From a virus, in the IMG/VR virus record IMGVR_UViG_3300025424_000009: DNA of 64,000 nucleotides. One strand, 5' to 3'. Below are positions 33,367 to 45,257 of the stretch, one piece after another (within the stretch, counting starts at the first letter, position 1; every line of letters starts with the position of its first letter). Below the pieces are notes generated by a model, which ran no database searches, had not been told where the DNA came from, and saw only the letters and a list, made by a program, of their open reading frames with translations. The translations under genes were made by a program, and so were the position numbers.

Positions 33367-34467
33367 TTAGGTATGTTTTATTCCAGTAATGTCTTCAAAT
33401 ATTTCGGCATCGAAGTTAGGTAGAGTTAAGAATACATTCTTATTTTCTTCTGAAAGATTATTCCACATATTACTCCAAGCTTCTTTTAATGAAATTATTT
33501 TCAAAAATCCTTCTGTAGTTTCATATTTAGGATGAGCAACTTTCTCTTCATTTGTCATAATACTCATTGGCACCCAAATAGTAGTATCTAAGAATTTACT
33601 CATAATACTAACAGCAGGATGTCGTTCCCATTCAACCACTGAGATACTAGTAGGTTTATTAAAGAGGTATAGGATAGGTGATTTATCGTTAGAAAAGGCA
33701 CCTGAATTCCTATAACCTGAATTACTATCACCTGAATTCCTATCACCTGAATTCCAATCACCTGAATTCCTATTACCTGAATTCCTATAACCTGAATTAC
33801 TATCACCTGAATTCCTATCACCTGAATTCCAATCACCTGAATTCCTATTACCTGAATTACTATCACCTGAATTCCAATCACCTGAATTCCTATCACCTGA
33901 ATTCCAATCACCTGAATTCCTATTACCTGAATTACTATCACCTGAATTCCAATCACCTGAATTACTATCACCTGAATTCCAATCACCTGAATTCCTATTA
34001 CCTGAATTACTATTACCTGAATTACTATCACCTGAATTCCAATCACCTGAATTACTATCACCTGAATTCCAATCACCTGAATTCCTATTACCTGAATTCC
34101 TATTACCTGAATTCCTATTACCTGAATTCGAATGTCCAGTATTATTCATACCTTCATTAGCTACAAGTAATACTTCTTGCCAATCTAAAATTCTTATTAT
34201 TCTCAGAATGTTTGTACAAGCTTTACTATCATCACCCTTGAACCGTACATCACCTAAAGCTTCAACCTCACACACTATATTCTCAGGAGTGAAGTAATAG
34301 TAATTAAAGCAATCAGAAGCTTTAAGACAGAAGTGAAAACCTGATGAACATATTTTTAATTCACCTTTATGTTCAAATGTTTCATTAACTTTGAACTGAT
34401 AACCATTACATGTAAAGTCAGGATTAAATACTTTGTAACCCTTTACTACTTTTGTTTCTTCTTTCAT
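33367..34467 (-). CDS. Pentapeptide (NSG[DNY][RSW]) repeat protein with conserved N-terminal GYK.F..DFTC domain
   Basis: About 29 five-residue repeats between a globular N-terminus and an FDAEIFEDITGI C-terminus. Confidence 0.85.
   Translation of the reverse strand: MKEETKVVKGYKVFNPDFTCNGYQFKVNETFEHKGELKICSSGFHFCLKASDCFNYYYFTPENIVCEVEALGDVRFKGDDSKACTNILRIIRILDWQEVLLVANEGMNNTGHSNSGNRNSGNRNSGNRNSGDWNSGDSNSGDWNSGDSNSGNSNSGNRNSGDWNSGDSNSGDWNSGDSNSGNRNSGDWNSGDRNSGDWNSGDSNSGNRNSGDWNSGDRNSGDSNSGYRNSGNRNSGDWNSGDRNSGDSNSGYRNSGAFSNDKSPILYLFNKPTSISVVEWERHPAVSIMSKFLDTTIWVPMSIMTNEEKVAHPKYETTEGFLKIISLKEAWSNMWNNLSEENKNVFLTLPNFDAEIFEDITGIKHT
33700..34130. repeat. 15-bp tandem repeat, invariant ACCTGAATT core plus 6 variable nt
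   Basis: Directly visible; encodes the pentapeptide repeat. Confidence 0.95.
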
Positions 34468-37418
34468 TTGTTTATTATATTTTAATTTCCAAAAAATGCA
34501 TTACTTTTTTCTTCATCTTCAAGGAAGGAAATAGGTACGGCCCATACCCCTCCCTCTGCAAACATTATCTGAAACTCAACTCCATACTTATCTTTGAGAG
34601 TTAAGTCCATCATATCATCTACAGCTTCATGGTGCCACTCGTGGTCTGGACCAGCTTCTATTGCTTGTATATCATATTCAGACAACTGAGCTTGTATTTG
34701 TTCCTTTACGTAATCCATTAGGTATCCATAAGCATACTGCCCCATATAGATACCGTGATGGTCATCTACGAGTAGTTCAGGTTCGGTGAATGAATGTTTC
34801 ATAACTTTACTATTTAATATTTGAGATAGGGTAAGCTGTCAGTATAGAATCTTTATCTATTTTAGCAATTAAACAAGGAACATCATACTCATCATATTGT
34901 GTTTCTTCATTTACTATTACCTTATTACTAGCAGCCTCTAAGGCATTTTCCACATGCATCTTAGCAAATTCAATTGCAAACTCTTTTGCCCATTTAGGTA
35001 GTACCCCATCTTGAGTATTCAATCTCTCAAATAATTCTTCTGCTGTTATCATCTTATTTAATTTTAAGTTTATCTAAAAATTCTATTACATCTTCAAAGG
35101 TTTTAGGTTCATTGTAAGTAGCAAACCCTCTCAAAGCAACTACTTTAGGTGTAGCTTCAAAGTAAGTAGTACATATATCTACACCACATACCTTGTCATC
35201 TCTATTAAGTTCTATAGTTAGAGTCCACATAGAAGCATCTGGCCATCCAAAGGTATTGATACCTCCATCTTGGTAAAGCTTAGAAAAGGACTTCAGACCT
35301 TTGTGGTAACCTAGTCTATTAGCTATTTCTGTTAATTGTTTGATCATGACTTATTATATTTATTGTTATGTAGATATCCACCTGTCATACTTAGACCATT
35401 ATCTAATGTGACTAAAGCTTTTGAATGTACGTTTTTCCAATCAATGGATTTAACTAACCTTTTACCTTTTCTACTTATACCTATTATTCTTATTTCAGTA
35501 ACAGTATTTTTAAAAGGGTACTCTGTCATATTAACTCCTATCTTGTTTTCACGCCACCAAACTAAGTCACCTACTTTTAATCTTCTCATAACTTTAAATT
35601 TTATTTTGTACCCACCCATACCGTTGTTCCAACTTAGCCTTGGCCACATTGTATCCAAGTGTACCTATAGTCTGCCAGAGTCTGTTAGCCAGTTCCCTAT
35701 CTATCACTTCAAAGGAGATGTAGCAGTATCCTCCCCAGTAATGGACGTTTAGATAGGCAACACCAGGTTCATATTTTATACCCTTGAATCTTACCTTGGC
35801 TGTGTATACTGTAAGACTTCCTATTGTAATTTCAGAGAAGCCATATGTTTGAGTTTGTTTGATATAATTCATCATCTGTACATTTATTTGTGATGTTCAC
35901 GAAACGTGAACGTTAATATTTTATGAACGTTAATCTATAAAAAATGTTCCACAGCTAGGGCACTTACTTCCACAAGGAAATTCATTTATATAAACCATAT
36001 TCCTATGGCGAGAGTAATTCATGTCACCAAATGTACAACTTTTTTCTTCTATGAACACCTTATCCAATCTTTCCTCTCTTTCCATATGAGCATTCATACT
36101 AGATACAGGTAATTCAGCTACAGGTTCACTGACTTCAAACTCATACACAGTAGTGCTACACCATCCATCACACATTCCAGCTATGTCATAAGACCAGGAA
36201 TATGAAACACACTTGTCTATAAATACATTCTCCTTGTTAAAAGGGAGATTGAAATCCATTTTGAAATCTGTAATATCTCCACTACCATTACTGGAATTAA
36301 TAACACCTATATGAACATTACCTCTAAATCTTATATGAGTAATATTCTTTTCGTCTAGGTCTAGAAAATCATCTATGTCACCCTCGAAGTAAATATGAAG
36401 TGAACCTCCATAAGATGCTTGATAAAGCATATTGTCAATCAGCTTGTCATAGTCACTATTTGTTATAGATAATAATTTCTTTATCTTGATACGTTCCAGT
36501 CTATAACCTGCTTCAGATGTACCCCATGCTGAATCTACATAATGACCTGTATCATAGAACATAACAGGATTTGATGTATTAAGTATAAGGTCTTTCATTA
36601 TAGTACTATCGTCTCTCTCCCAGAGCACATCCTGAATCCTATCTTCATACTCTTCCATGATATAGTCAGCATCTTCTATATCCCATTTAGACTCTATGTC
36701 AGACTTTAATTCTTTCTTGTACTCATCATTGGCATAGTAGTCATCTATAAACCATCCATCTACTATTTCATATAGTAAGTCAACACACCCTTTGTGTATA
36801 CATTTTTGAACAGTTTTTAAGTTGCTGTCTAGACTATCTCTATAATCTACATAGTGCAGAGTTACTCTTTTAGGTATCAACTCTTTTACTTCTTCCCAAC
36901 TAGGCATCTTTAACTCTAGGGTTACTGCCGGTATTTCTTTTGTGATAATTTCCATAACCTGTATGTTTATTTTATTAATGATTAAAATCTTTTCTTAACT
37001 GACATAATTAAATTTCTTATATCAACACTATGTTTATAAGCCCATACCCTATCTCTCCATAAAGGTCTCAACCTTTTGTAAGGTATTAAACTCATTTGTT
37101 TCCATTCAGATTCTCTAAGAGAAGGTAATAAATTCCATTCAATCAAGTCACAATAGTGTATCAATTTATCTTCTTTATGTGTAGCCCATACACCATTCAA
37201 ATGATAATAAATCTTCCTTTTGCCTTTACCAGATACAATCCAATATGTACCATTTCTAATAGCACATATAGGTATATCTTCAGGCCTTTCACAAGGAGTT
37301 AAAAAACTATACTCTATTGGCCATTTACCAGTAGGTTCTAGTTCACCCCAGTCTACCATACTTTGTAAGTGCCCTGCATCAGGTGTAAATTTTATATTTG
37401 ACATAACTAATGTATTAA

Positions 37419-37970
37419 TTAATACTGATCAAATTCTTTCTTAGCCTTCTCATATTCTGTGATAGGTGTATCTTGCATGTACAACCAATCCCATAACAAA
37501 TTAGCTACCCTACCCTTAGTACAAGTAACTTTAGCAAAGTCATACCAATCCATAAAGATGTATTCAATACGGTAAGGACTTCTTTCGTCAGGTACAAAGT
37601 AGAATCTCCATTCATCAGAAGGACCTCCCCAAGATATCAACCACTGTAAGTATCCTTTACTCCTGCCATCATCTGGAAGAACATAACTGATATCTAACCC
37701 ATACTCAAATAGAATACTCATAGCGGTATTAGAACACTTTTCTTTTGTATCAGGTACATCATATCCATGATAATCAAAGAAGCTTTCTTTCTGTTCTTGT
37801 GTAGCTTCGTTGTTCATTACTGCAAAAAGCCATGTAAGCTTCTCACATTCTTTTCTATACTCACCTTTAATACGTTCCTTGCAAGTTAGCTCTCGCTTAG
37901 GAGTAATTGATATGGAAGGTGTAAACACCTCTTGTACTTGTTCTTTCGTAACTGTTTTTACTTCTATCAT
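37419..37970 (-). CDS. Conserved hypothetical protein with SWGGPSDE motif
   Basis: YLQWLISWGGPSDEWRFY motif recognised from phage/plasmid proteins. Confidence 0.65.
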   Translation of the reverse strand: MIEVKTVTKEQVQEVFTPSISITPKRELTCKERIKGEYRKECEKLTWLFAVMNNEATQEQKESFFDYHGYDVPDTKEKCSNTAMSILFEYGLDISYVLPDDGRSKGYLQWLISWGGPSDEWRFYFVPDERSPYRIEYIFMDWYDFAKVTCTKGRVANLLWDWLYMQDTPITEYEKAKKEFDQY

Positions 37971-38754
37971 AACTTATAATCTTTTAAGTGTTAAACTTTT
38001 TGTTATTTTTAAAGACTGTAACCAATACCCATCTGCACTCTCTATCTGATAGTCACAGAATTTAATGAAATCTGCTTTCTGTTGTTTAGACATACTATCT
38101 ATTAACTCTTTCACTTGAGAGTTGTTACCATTCACATTAGACTCCACTACATATACAAAGTAGTCCTCAATAGTCTGAAAGTCTAAACCTTTTATTATTT
38201 TTTGTGACACCATGATTATAATTCTATTAGTTCAAATTTGTTAATGTTATCTTCCTTTAGGTACTTTTCAATAATATCTATAGTACTATCTGTGTTAAGT
38301 CCTGTAATGATTGTATATACTACTGGTGTGTTATTTTTTATTTCATATACAGTTATACTTTTTTCACCGTTAAGACATTCAAATATATCATCATCTTCTA
38401 TAAACTTCTCTACTACATAGTATAATTTAATAGTATCACTATACACATTACTGACATGTTGTAGTGCTTCATTGTAGACATCTTCATTATCTATATGAAA
38501 AACTAAACTACCATCTGAAGAACTTGAAAAACTAAAACAAAAGTCATCAGGACTAGAAGCTTCATTCCAATCTTTATCAAACCATAAGCAATTAATATTA
38601 TATAATGCCTCTTCATTAAATGGTGTAAAATCATATAGGTATACCCAACCTATTTTCTCAGCATCTTTTTTAAACTTTTTGTAAGTTTCAAAGCTACTAG
38701 ATTTAACTGCAAAACCAATTTCTTTTTCCATTTTAAAACTTTTTAACTGTTAAA

Positions 38755-38785
38755 CAAAAAAGCCTACCTGAATGGTAAGCTTGTA
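38755..38785 (-). terminator. Putative intrinsic terminator
   Basis: Minus strand GCTTACC-ATTCA-GGTAGGC followed by a T run. Confidence 0.6.
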
Positions 38786-41115
38786 TAAATCTATTAAATC
38801 AACTTTCTACTAAAGACAAGAGAGGCTATTACAAATTTGATTTTATTGTTTCGATAGCCTTATTTATATCTTCCAAGCTGACGTTATCCCAACAACCTAT
38901 TTTAAAAGTAGCTTGAGTTAATTTTACACTCCAGAGTTTTGTACCTACTTGTAGTAATGAAAAGTCTCTTATTTGTTCTAATTCCTCTAAAGATATTTCA
39001 CCATCTGCCACTAGTAATTTATCATCCATTATTATAGCTTCACGGCTTCGTGAATCTATTATCTTTATTTCTTTTTGTTTGTAGATAGGTTCAAACCAAA
39101 GGTCTAACACACCAGCTTTTTCTAATAATTCTAAAGTATGTGATTTTGGATAAAATTGTAGTATTAACTTTTCCATTTTAGTTACATCATCAACTCTAGC
39201 TATCTCACAAGCAGCTTTTGAATATTGAGTCTTAACTAATTTATAACCGATAATCTCTTTTGAAGCTTCTGTATTAAAAGGAAGTAAAGACTCTTCTTTA
39301 AACCCTAGTTGAACTATATGGTTATTTTTATCTAAATATCTAACAATATAAAATTCTTCATACTTACTCGAAATAGTACCCTTGTTTTCTTTAAAAATAA
39401 GATCTCCATGAAAAATTAAGCTCTTTGGTATTTTATGAGGTTCACTAAAAAACTTAACGTTAAATAAGTTTTTATCCTCAGTATTAAACTTTACCTCATC
39501 CCCTATTTTAAATTTGTTTGTCATTGTTATTTTATTTTAAATTATTAATTAATCTTCAGCATATGAAGTATCAAATCCATTTTCTTTTAGAAGCTCAATA
39601 GCCTCATCTGGAAGCCTAAACACACCATCATAGTTATTTACCTTCTTGTTATTATCTACCCAGATACCTATCCATACACATTCATTTAAATCTGGAACAT
39701 CCCATTCAATACCATACTCACCTGGTCTTTCTAAATCATATAAGTCCATTACACATTTATACTCACCTAGGTGCTCTAATGTAGGTGTAATACTTCTTTC
39801 AAGTACTATCTCAGTACTGAATACTTTTGACGCTATTAGTTTCATACTACTTTATTTTTTATTTCCCCTCAGCTTTGTTTAAGGCGGCATAAACCTGACG
39901 CTCTAGATCAATAGGAGAGTTATACTGCTCTTGTAGAGCTTGTAGACATGCCTTCAAAGCTTTATACATTTCTGGAGCAGCCATGATTAGATTAGAGGTA
40001 GTATAATCTTCACTACCTGATTCTTCTAGGTAGGTTAAGGCTACATCTACACCTGTCTTTTCATCATGTATTAAGTACTGGTTGTAAGGATTACCTATCT
40101 TACTCTTAGCCCAAGTGGTGGGTTTATCTTCTTTCACTTCAGTGGGAGTGTAGGGTTCTAGGTAACGATAATATATACACATATTACTATTATCACCCTC
40201 CCTATCGCATTTACAAGCATCTTCTCCGATAAGATTATCAACTATTTTAACTACATCTCCCTTACAATACCCTGAGTAATTAGGATTATTAACTAACACT
40301 TTTGCAAGTGATCCTACTTTAAGTTCTTTCATGATTTACATTATTTAAATGTTTGATAATAGTGTTTTAAGTTTATTCATGTCATACCCATCTTGTTTAT
40401 AACTATCAATTAGATAATCAATATACATCAATGCCTTTTCTTGATACCAATCAATGGTATCTAACCACTCTAAGAATTTATCTGTTTGAGGGTATCCTCT
40501 ACATTCAAATATAATTTCACTAGGTAAGTTATCTTTATCCAACAGCCCTTCAGGTATACCTATGATAGGAAATCCATCCTTCATATCATATACATTCCAA
40601 GGGTCTTTTACTATAACTCCTTGTGCAATACCATATACATGACCTTTATACTTAAAGGTAAAGTTATCAAATACTCCCATAATTACACTTGTTTTAAAAA
40701 TTTATAATGCTTTTTATCTGCAACCTTTTGACTTGATGCAACACAAGTAAAGCCATCATCAAATGTATATCGTTGGCATCCTTTAGGAATTACAGTAAAT
40801 ATTTCCCCTGATACATTATCAGCATTGACAGGACTTTTAAAAGAAGTCATTTTACAGTCAGCTTCAAACATTGCACCCATAGTTAAAAATGCTGCTAATT
40901 GATTCATTCTACTCATTTCAATTTATTTAATTTGGTCAACCACTGATGAAATAGGTTTACATTCTTTGTCACATAGATTTGCAAAGATTAGAAAGAGCTT
41001 TGTTTGGTAGATTTTATTACTACTCTTTACAAGAGATTGACTCCAAGCTCTGTAGGCACTAATTAACTCATTGGAGAGTTGTGTTGAATAAGTCATTTTT
41101 ATTTATTTTAAATTG

Positions 41116-41394
41116 TTAAAAAGAAGCTGCTAAATTAATATATTTTTGTACTTCGTTGGTAGATAGGTAACCTTTTACATCACTACATGGTACAGTAAAA
41201 GTTTCAGAATCAAAATCATACCATTGACCTTTTTCATTCCAAATTGCAATTTCAGCATCTGGAGATGTTTATATTTCAGAATCATATCTTTTATTATTAT
41301 TCTTACAATAACAACCACCACCGAACATCACTGAAATAGTAATACCATTTTCAAATGTTAATTGAAACCCTCTGTTGTTTACTACTCTAAACAT
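41116..41394 (-). pseudogene. Conserved phage gene interrupted by an in-frame TAA at 41269-41271
   Basis: MFRVVNNRGFQLTFENGITISVMFGGGCYC...SEI*TSPDAEIAIW...DVKGYLSTNEV reads in one frame across the stop. Confidence 0.75.
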
Positions 41395-41628
41395 AATTTT
41401 TATTTTTTTTAATTAATAAATAAGTGATATTTTATGTATATCTCTTAGCCACTTCTGTAAGATGTGTTGGGTAGATGCAAGTACATAGTTATTGCTGTCA
41501 TTATTTTCATAAGGTAAACCTGAACCTTCTTCTAATGTGTCATAGCCATACTGACAAGGTATATTAAAACCTTTTTCTTTAGCTAGTTTAGCTGTTTCAA
41601 AATCAACAATTTTTAATTCCATAACTAA

Positions 41629-41796
41629 TTAATTTTTATTTTTAATTAAAAATTCTTTTATCTCTTCAATCACATAAAATGCAAGATTAAGAATAGCTAA
41701 GAGTAACCAACCTAGTGCCCATTTATCATTATGGATGTAGTAATACCAAGAAAGAGAACCATACCCAATAAACGATAATAAATAAAGTATATTCAT
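41629..41796 (-). CDS. Small two-helix membrane protein (not in the ORF track)
   Basis: MNILYLLSFIGYGSLSWYYY...WALGWLLLAILNLAFYVI, 55 aa. Confidence 0.5.
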   Translation of the reverse strand: MNILYLLSFIGYGSLSWYYYIHNDKWALGWLLLAILNLAFYVIEEIKEFLIKNKN

Positions 41797-42709
41797 AAAA
41801 TTTAATTTTAAAATTAATTGGTAAAAATTACCATTTAAAATAACAACATACTAAATAACAAACTCAGTCAATAATATCAACTGAGTTATAAAACTCAACG
41901 AAACACAAGAGTGTTAAAAGTCAAGTGTGACAAGAACTAAATAATAACCTCACTTAAAGCCTCAAGCCTATCTACAATAGCTTTACTCTTAAAAGTAGGT
42001 TCAAGATAAAACTCATCTTCAACCTTTATAGCTCTGATGTACCCTTTATGTTGTAGGTCAATAATGGTATTCTCATTAAGTATTATACCTAGCTTCCTAA
42101 AAGGTAATATATCACCTACAGTACTAATAGTAAAAATGATGCGTAGTTCAAGTGTATTCATAACTAATCAATTTAAACATGTTAAACAAACTTCATCTAT
42201 ACTCATGTGCGACTCTTGAGAGATAGTATCAAATAAGATAAGTAAAGGGTCTTTGATAATAAAAACACAACCTAAAATTTCCATTTTATTTTTTTTTATT
42301 TTTTAAACTAATTCACTGGTAAAAATTACCAATACAAATAATAACAATATACTATCCCAGTAGATAAAAAAAATATCTATATTAAGTTTTATTAAATGTC
42401 AATATAAAAATCTTTATAAAAATACCTAAACCCATCACTATGCCAACCATTACCTTCTCATATTTTTACTCTCTCATACCTAAGCTTTAAACCTAATTCT
42501 TCTGTAACATCAAATAAACTCGGTAAGTTCTGTCATATTAATTGAACGTTTGTTTAATTTTAAATAAGGTAGGGTGTATGATGACTGTATTAGAGATAAC
42601 AATCATCGTAATATTACGATTAATAAATAGATCTAGGGCGTATAACAATATTCAAACAACTGTTTTAAACACTTGTTTAAATAATAGGGGCTGGAAAAGG
42701 GAGTATCTT

Positions 42710-42965
42710 TTAATCACCCTCCTCTGTATTAAGGCTATCTATAAATTTCGAAACATTACTATTCAATTCTATAAAGTCTTTCTTCGTTTTTGAATACCAT
42801 CTTTGATAATACATAAGCCCCTCAACAAGTGCATCCCTTTCGGTTTTAGCTCTCATTGAAATATTCATACGTTCATTATAATCATACAACCAATAAAGAC
42901 CACTGAATGTATCCTTGGTTAACTGAAAGGCATCACTCTTAAAAAATTAGTTCATGCTTTACCAT
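42710..42965 (-). pseudogene. Frameshifted conserved phage gene (extra base in the T6 run at 42941-42946)
   Basis: MVKHELIF then shift to KSDAFQLTKDTFSGLYWLYDYNERMNISMRAKTERDALVEGLMYYQ. Confidence 0.65.
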
Positions 42966-43406
42966 AAGTTGAAATGTTTATTATTATAACCTAATATAAG
43001 AATTTAATTTAGAGAGCCCTTTAATTATCTTAGAAGGGTAGTTCGAACAAACGTTTTAAACAACTGTTTAATATTTAATATCTAAAAAGTTTTTTTATTT
43101 ATCAGGAAAATTACCTAAAAAGAGGGGAGGTAGAGGAGGGTATCTGCTTTTTAGACAAATTTCCCCCACTTTTACCCACATTTCCCCACTTTATATAGTA
43201 TTTTATTCTTTTTTACTCTAAAAACCAGGCAGTTTCACCACTTCCCCCTCCCATATTGTTATCGTTATCATCCTTAGTACCTTCTATCAGTATAAAAACA
43301 AATAGAATTGCTATTATTAGACTCATTTTATTTAAATTTAATTACAGACTTATTAAGCCCCTGTTAACAATAGATTAATACAAACACCTTACTCACCCTA
43401 TTACAG

Positions 43407-43420
43407 GTCAACCTTGAGCC
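43407..43420. repeat. TCAA-CC-TTGA inverted-repeat motif; other copies at 46286-46299 and 48969-48982
   Basis: CCTATTAC..TCAACCTTGAG.CTCTCAG shared by the 43.4 and 46.3 kb copies. Confidence 0.7.
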
Positions 43421-43877
43421 TCTCAGTAGCCTTTTTCCCTAATTGAACGTACATTTTGCATCCAATTATTGAAGTCTACATGAGATATTTCTCTTTCAGA
43501 GACCTTAATTCTCTTAAATTTTAACCTATTTCTCTTAGGTTTTACACCAAAAAGACGTAATAAAACAGTATTTTTAGCCCTGTTTAAGGCTATTTTAAAT
43601 CGTTTGTTCATTTTGTTATATTTATTAATAATGTACCTTGCATATTAAGGGAGGTAGTATAAACTGAGTGCTCTTTGAGGTCCCTTGTGGTTAAAAATCC
43701 TCGCACCGACCCCACTCTAAGAATTTACCCTTAAGCTGTAACAAATGGTTTTAATAACATACACTTACTTTTAACTCTCATTGGGGGATAAAGGGGGAGT
43801 CTATTTTAATTAGAAGGTCATCTTACTAAAGAGTGCATTCCTTGGTAAGGTGTTAATCATATCAACATATTATAACT

Positions 43878-43916
43878 TGTAGTCTAAGTAGGTAATGCAC
43901 TGCCGAACAGACTACA
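43878..43916 (+). ncRNA. Hairpin with AAGTA/CGAAC internal loop (sarcin-ricin/loop-E-like) in the leader of 43933
   Basis: TGTAGTCT-A-AGTA-GGTA-ATGCAC-TGCC-GAA-C-AGACTACA, perfect 8-bp outer stem. Confidence 0.55.
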
Positions 43917-43932
43917 TTTTATTTTATATCCT

Positions 43933-45204
43933 ATGTCACCATTAGACACCACTGTAGTAAACTACTACAAGAAATTCAGTAAACCGACTGTATTAGGTAC
44001 AGTAACCTTAAGAGAATGGCTGAATGCTATTAACAAATGCCCTTACACCAACAAGATACTAGACGCTAGGTCAGGTAAGAAAGACTATGAATTAACTAAA
44101 GCTTCTCTGCCTGTAGTAACTTATAACTTCTTATACAGAGAATATAAGAAAGATAAAAACATAGAGTCACCTACAGGGCTACTATACTTTGATATTGATA
44201 CACCTGAATTTAATATAGAGTCACTGGATAAGAGTAAGATATTTGTATTACACCATTCCTTTGGAGGTAGAGGTTATGTACTTCTTGTCAGGGTCGAGGG
44301 ATTAACAGTTAGTAACTTTAAATCAGTATATAAAAATATTGCTATTGATTTAGGTATTGACCACCTGTTTGATACTAATGCTGCAAAACATTCTCAATAC
44401 AATACTCTTAGTCATGATACTAAGATTTTTATTAATGAAGATTGTATAATTTACGAGGTTGAAAAAGACCCCACGTCTGTCATATTATCTACTCAAAACA
44501 GCCTTGAAAAAGACCCCACGTCTGTCATATTATCCAGCGATAAAGAAAAAACCCCACGTCGGTTGATACATGAAGAAGATACAAGATATATCACAGAGAT
44601 GGGGTCAAAAATACCTTATGCACAATTAAGGTTCACTAACCTAACAGATTATGAATTTACTTGTGACTACATAGTTAACTGGTCTGGCTTTACTTTTATT
44701 CATTGTTACATACCTTTTAAAAACAAATGCTCCAATAAGTATAAAACTTTATTAAGCTATTGTACTAACCTTGTTTGGTTAAACCCTTCCATATCCTATA
44801 GCAGGACTTATAAAATAATGTCAAGAGTAAATGACATTTATTATGACATACCCTCAAAAGAAGTAAATGTAAAAAGAGTAGTTGATACAGTATTTAAGCA
44901 AACACAAGAGGGTACTTTGAAACCTATACAAGACAAACCTAGATATATAATATTTGACCACACTAATAAAAGTAAATTATCCACCAGTGATAAACTAGAG
45001 ATATGTAGAGATGAATTAATAAAGAAAAATATACTAGAGAGTAAACAAAAACTAGCAAAGCTAATAGATGAGTGGAACCTAGACCTTGAAGGGAAAATAA
45101 CCATAAAAGGATTAGCAGCTAAGAAAGTACTAAGCAAAAATACAATTGATAAATACTACTCTGTTTTTAGAGAGGCAGTTAAGATTAAGAATTCAAAGCT
45201 ATAA
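43933..45204 (+). CDS. VirE_N/BT4734-like (primase-related) protein with C-terminal HTH; Rep-like architecture
   Basis: K.SLPVVTYNF, PTGLLYFDID and SFGGRGY motifs; ITIKGLAAKKVLSKNTIDKYY HTH-like tail. Confidence 0.7.
   Translation: MSPLDTTVVNYYKKFSKPTVLGTVTLREWLNAINKCPYTNKILDARSGKKDYELTKASLPVVTYNFLYREYKKDKNIESPTGLLYFDIDTPEFNIESLDKSKIFVLHHSFGGRGYVLLVRVEGLTVSNFKSVYKNIAIDLGIDHLFDTNAAKHSQYNTLSHDTKIFINEDCIIYEVEKDPTSVILSTQNSLEKDPTSVILSSDKEKTPRRLIHEEDTRYITEMGSKIPYAQLRFTNLTDYEFTCDYIVNWSGFTFIHCYIPFKNKCSNKYKTLLSYCTNLVWLNPSISYSRTYKIMSRVNDIYYDIPSKEVNVKRVVDTVFKQTQEGTLKPIQDKPRYIIFDHTNKSKLSTSDKLEICRDELIKKNILESKQKLAKLIDEWNLDLEGKITIKGLAAKKVLSKNTIDKYYSVFREAVKIKNSKL
44459..44560. repeat. Iteron-like direct repeats inside the VirE_N-like gene
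   Basis: TTGAAAAAGACCCCACGTCTGTCATATTATC at 44459 and 44504; partial third copy GAAAAAACCCCACGTC at 44545. Confidence 0.85.
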
Positions 45205-45257
45205 CCCTACCTACCCTACAACTCATCCATTATCTTCTTCAGCACATTTATTCTTAC

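Larger units (their letters stand above)
34482..41622 (-). other. Continuation of the small-ORF array (34482, 34810, 35054, 35344 with true start about 35589, 35594, 35930, 36982, 37419, 37974, 38216, 38829, 39549, 39859, 40345, 40683, 41413)
   Basis: Co-oriented, tightly packed ORFs. Confidence 0.8.

Noticed and set aside
33600-34076. 158-aa IGIQV-repeat ORF
   Set aside because: Alternative-frame shadow of the 15-bp repeat in the real pentapeptide gene
33700-34130. CRISPR array or DGR template; dense GAATTC sites as a restriction decoy
   Set aside because: Units are 15 bp with no unique spacers, no cas or reverse transcriptase gene is present, and the GAATTC sites follow from the codons used
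42542-42793. 83-aa + strand ORF
   Set aside because: Overlaps the frameshifted minus-strand gene; no leader or motif support
41116-42965. Alternative genetic code (stop-codon recoding)
   Set aside because: The clearest interruption is TAA; long genes are intact under code 11 and genes end in TAA, TAG and TGA
43648-43716. Possible tRNA (GGGAGGTAGTATAAACTG...GGTTAAAAATCC)
   Set aside because: No acceptor-stem pairing and no valid T or anticodon arm
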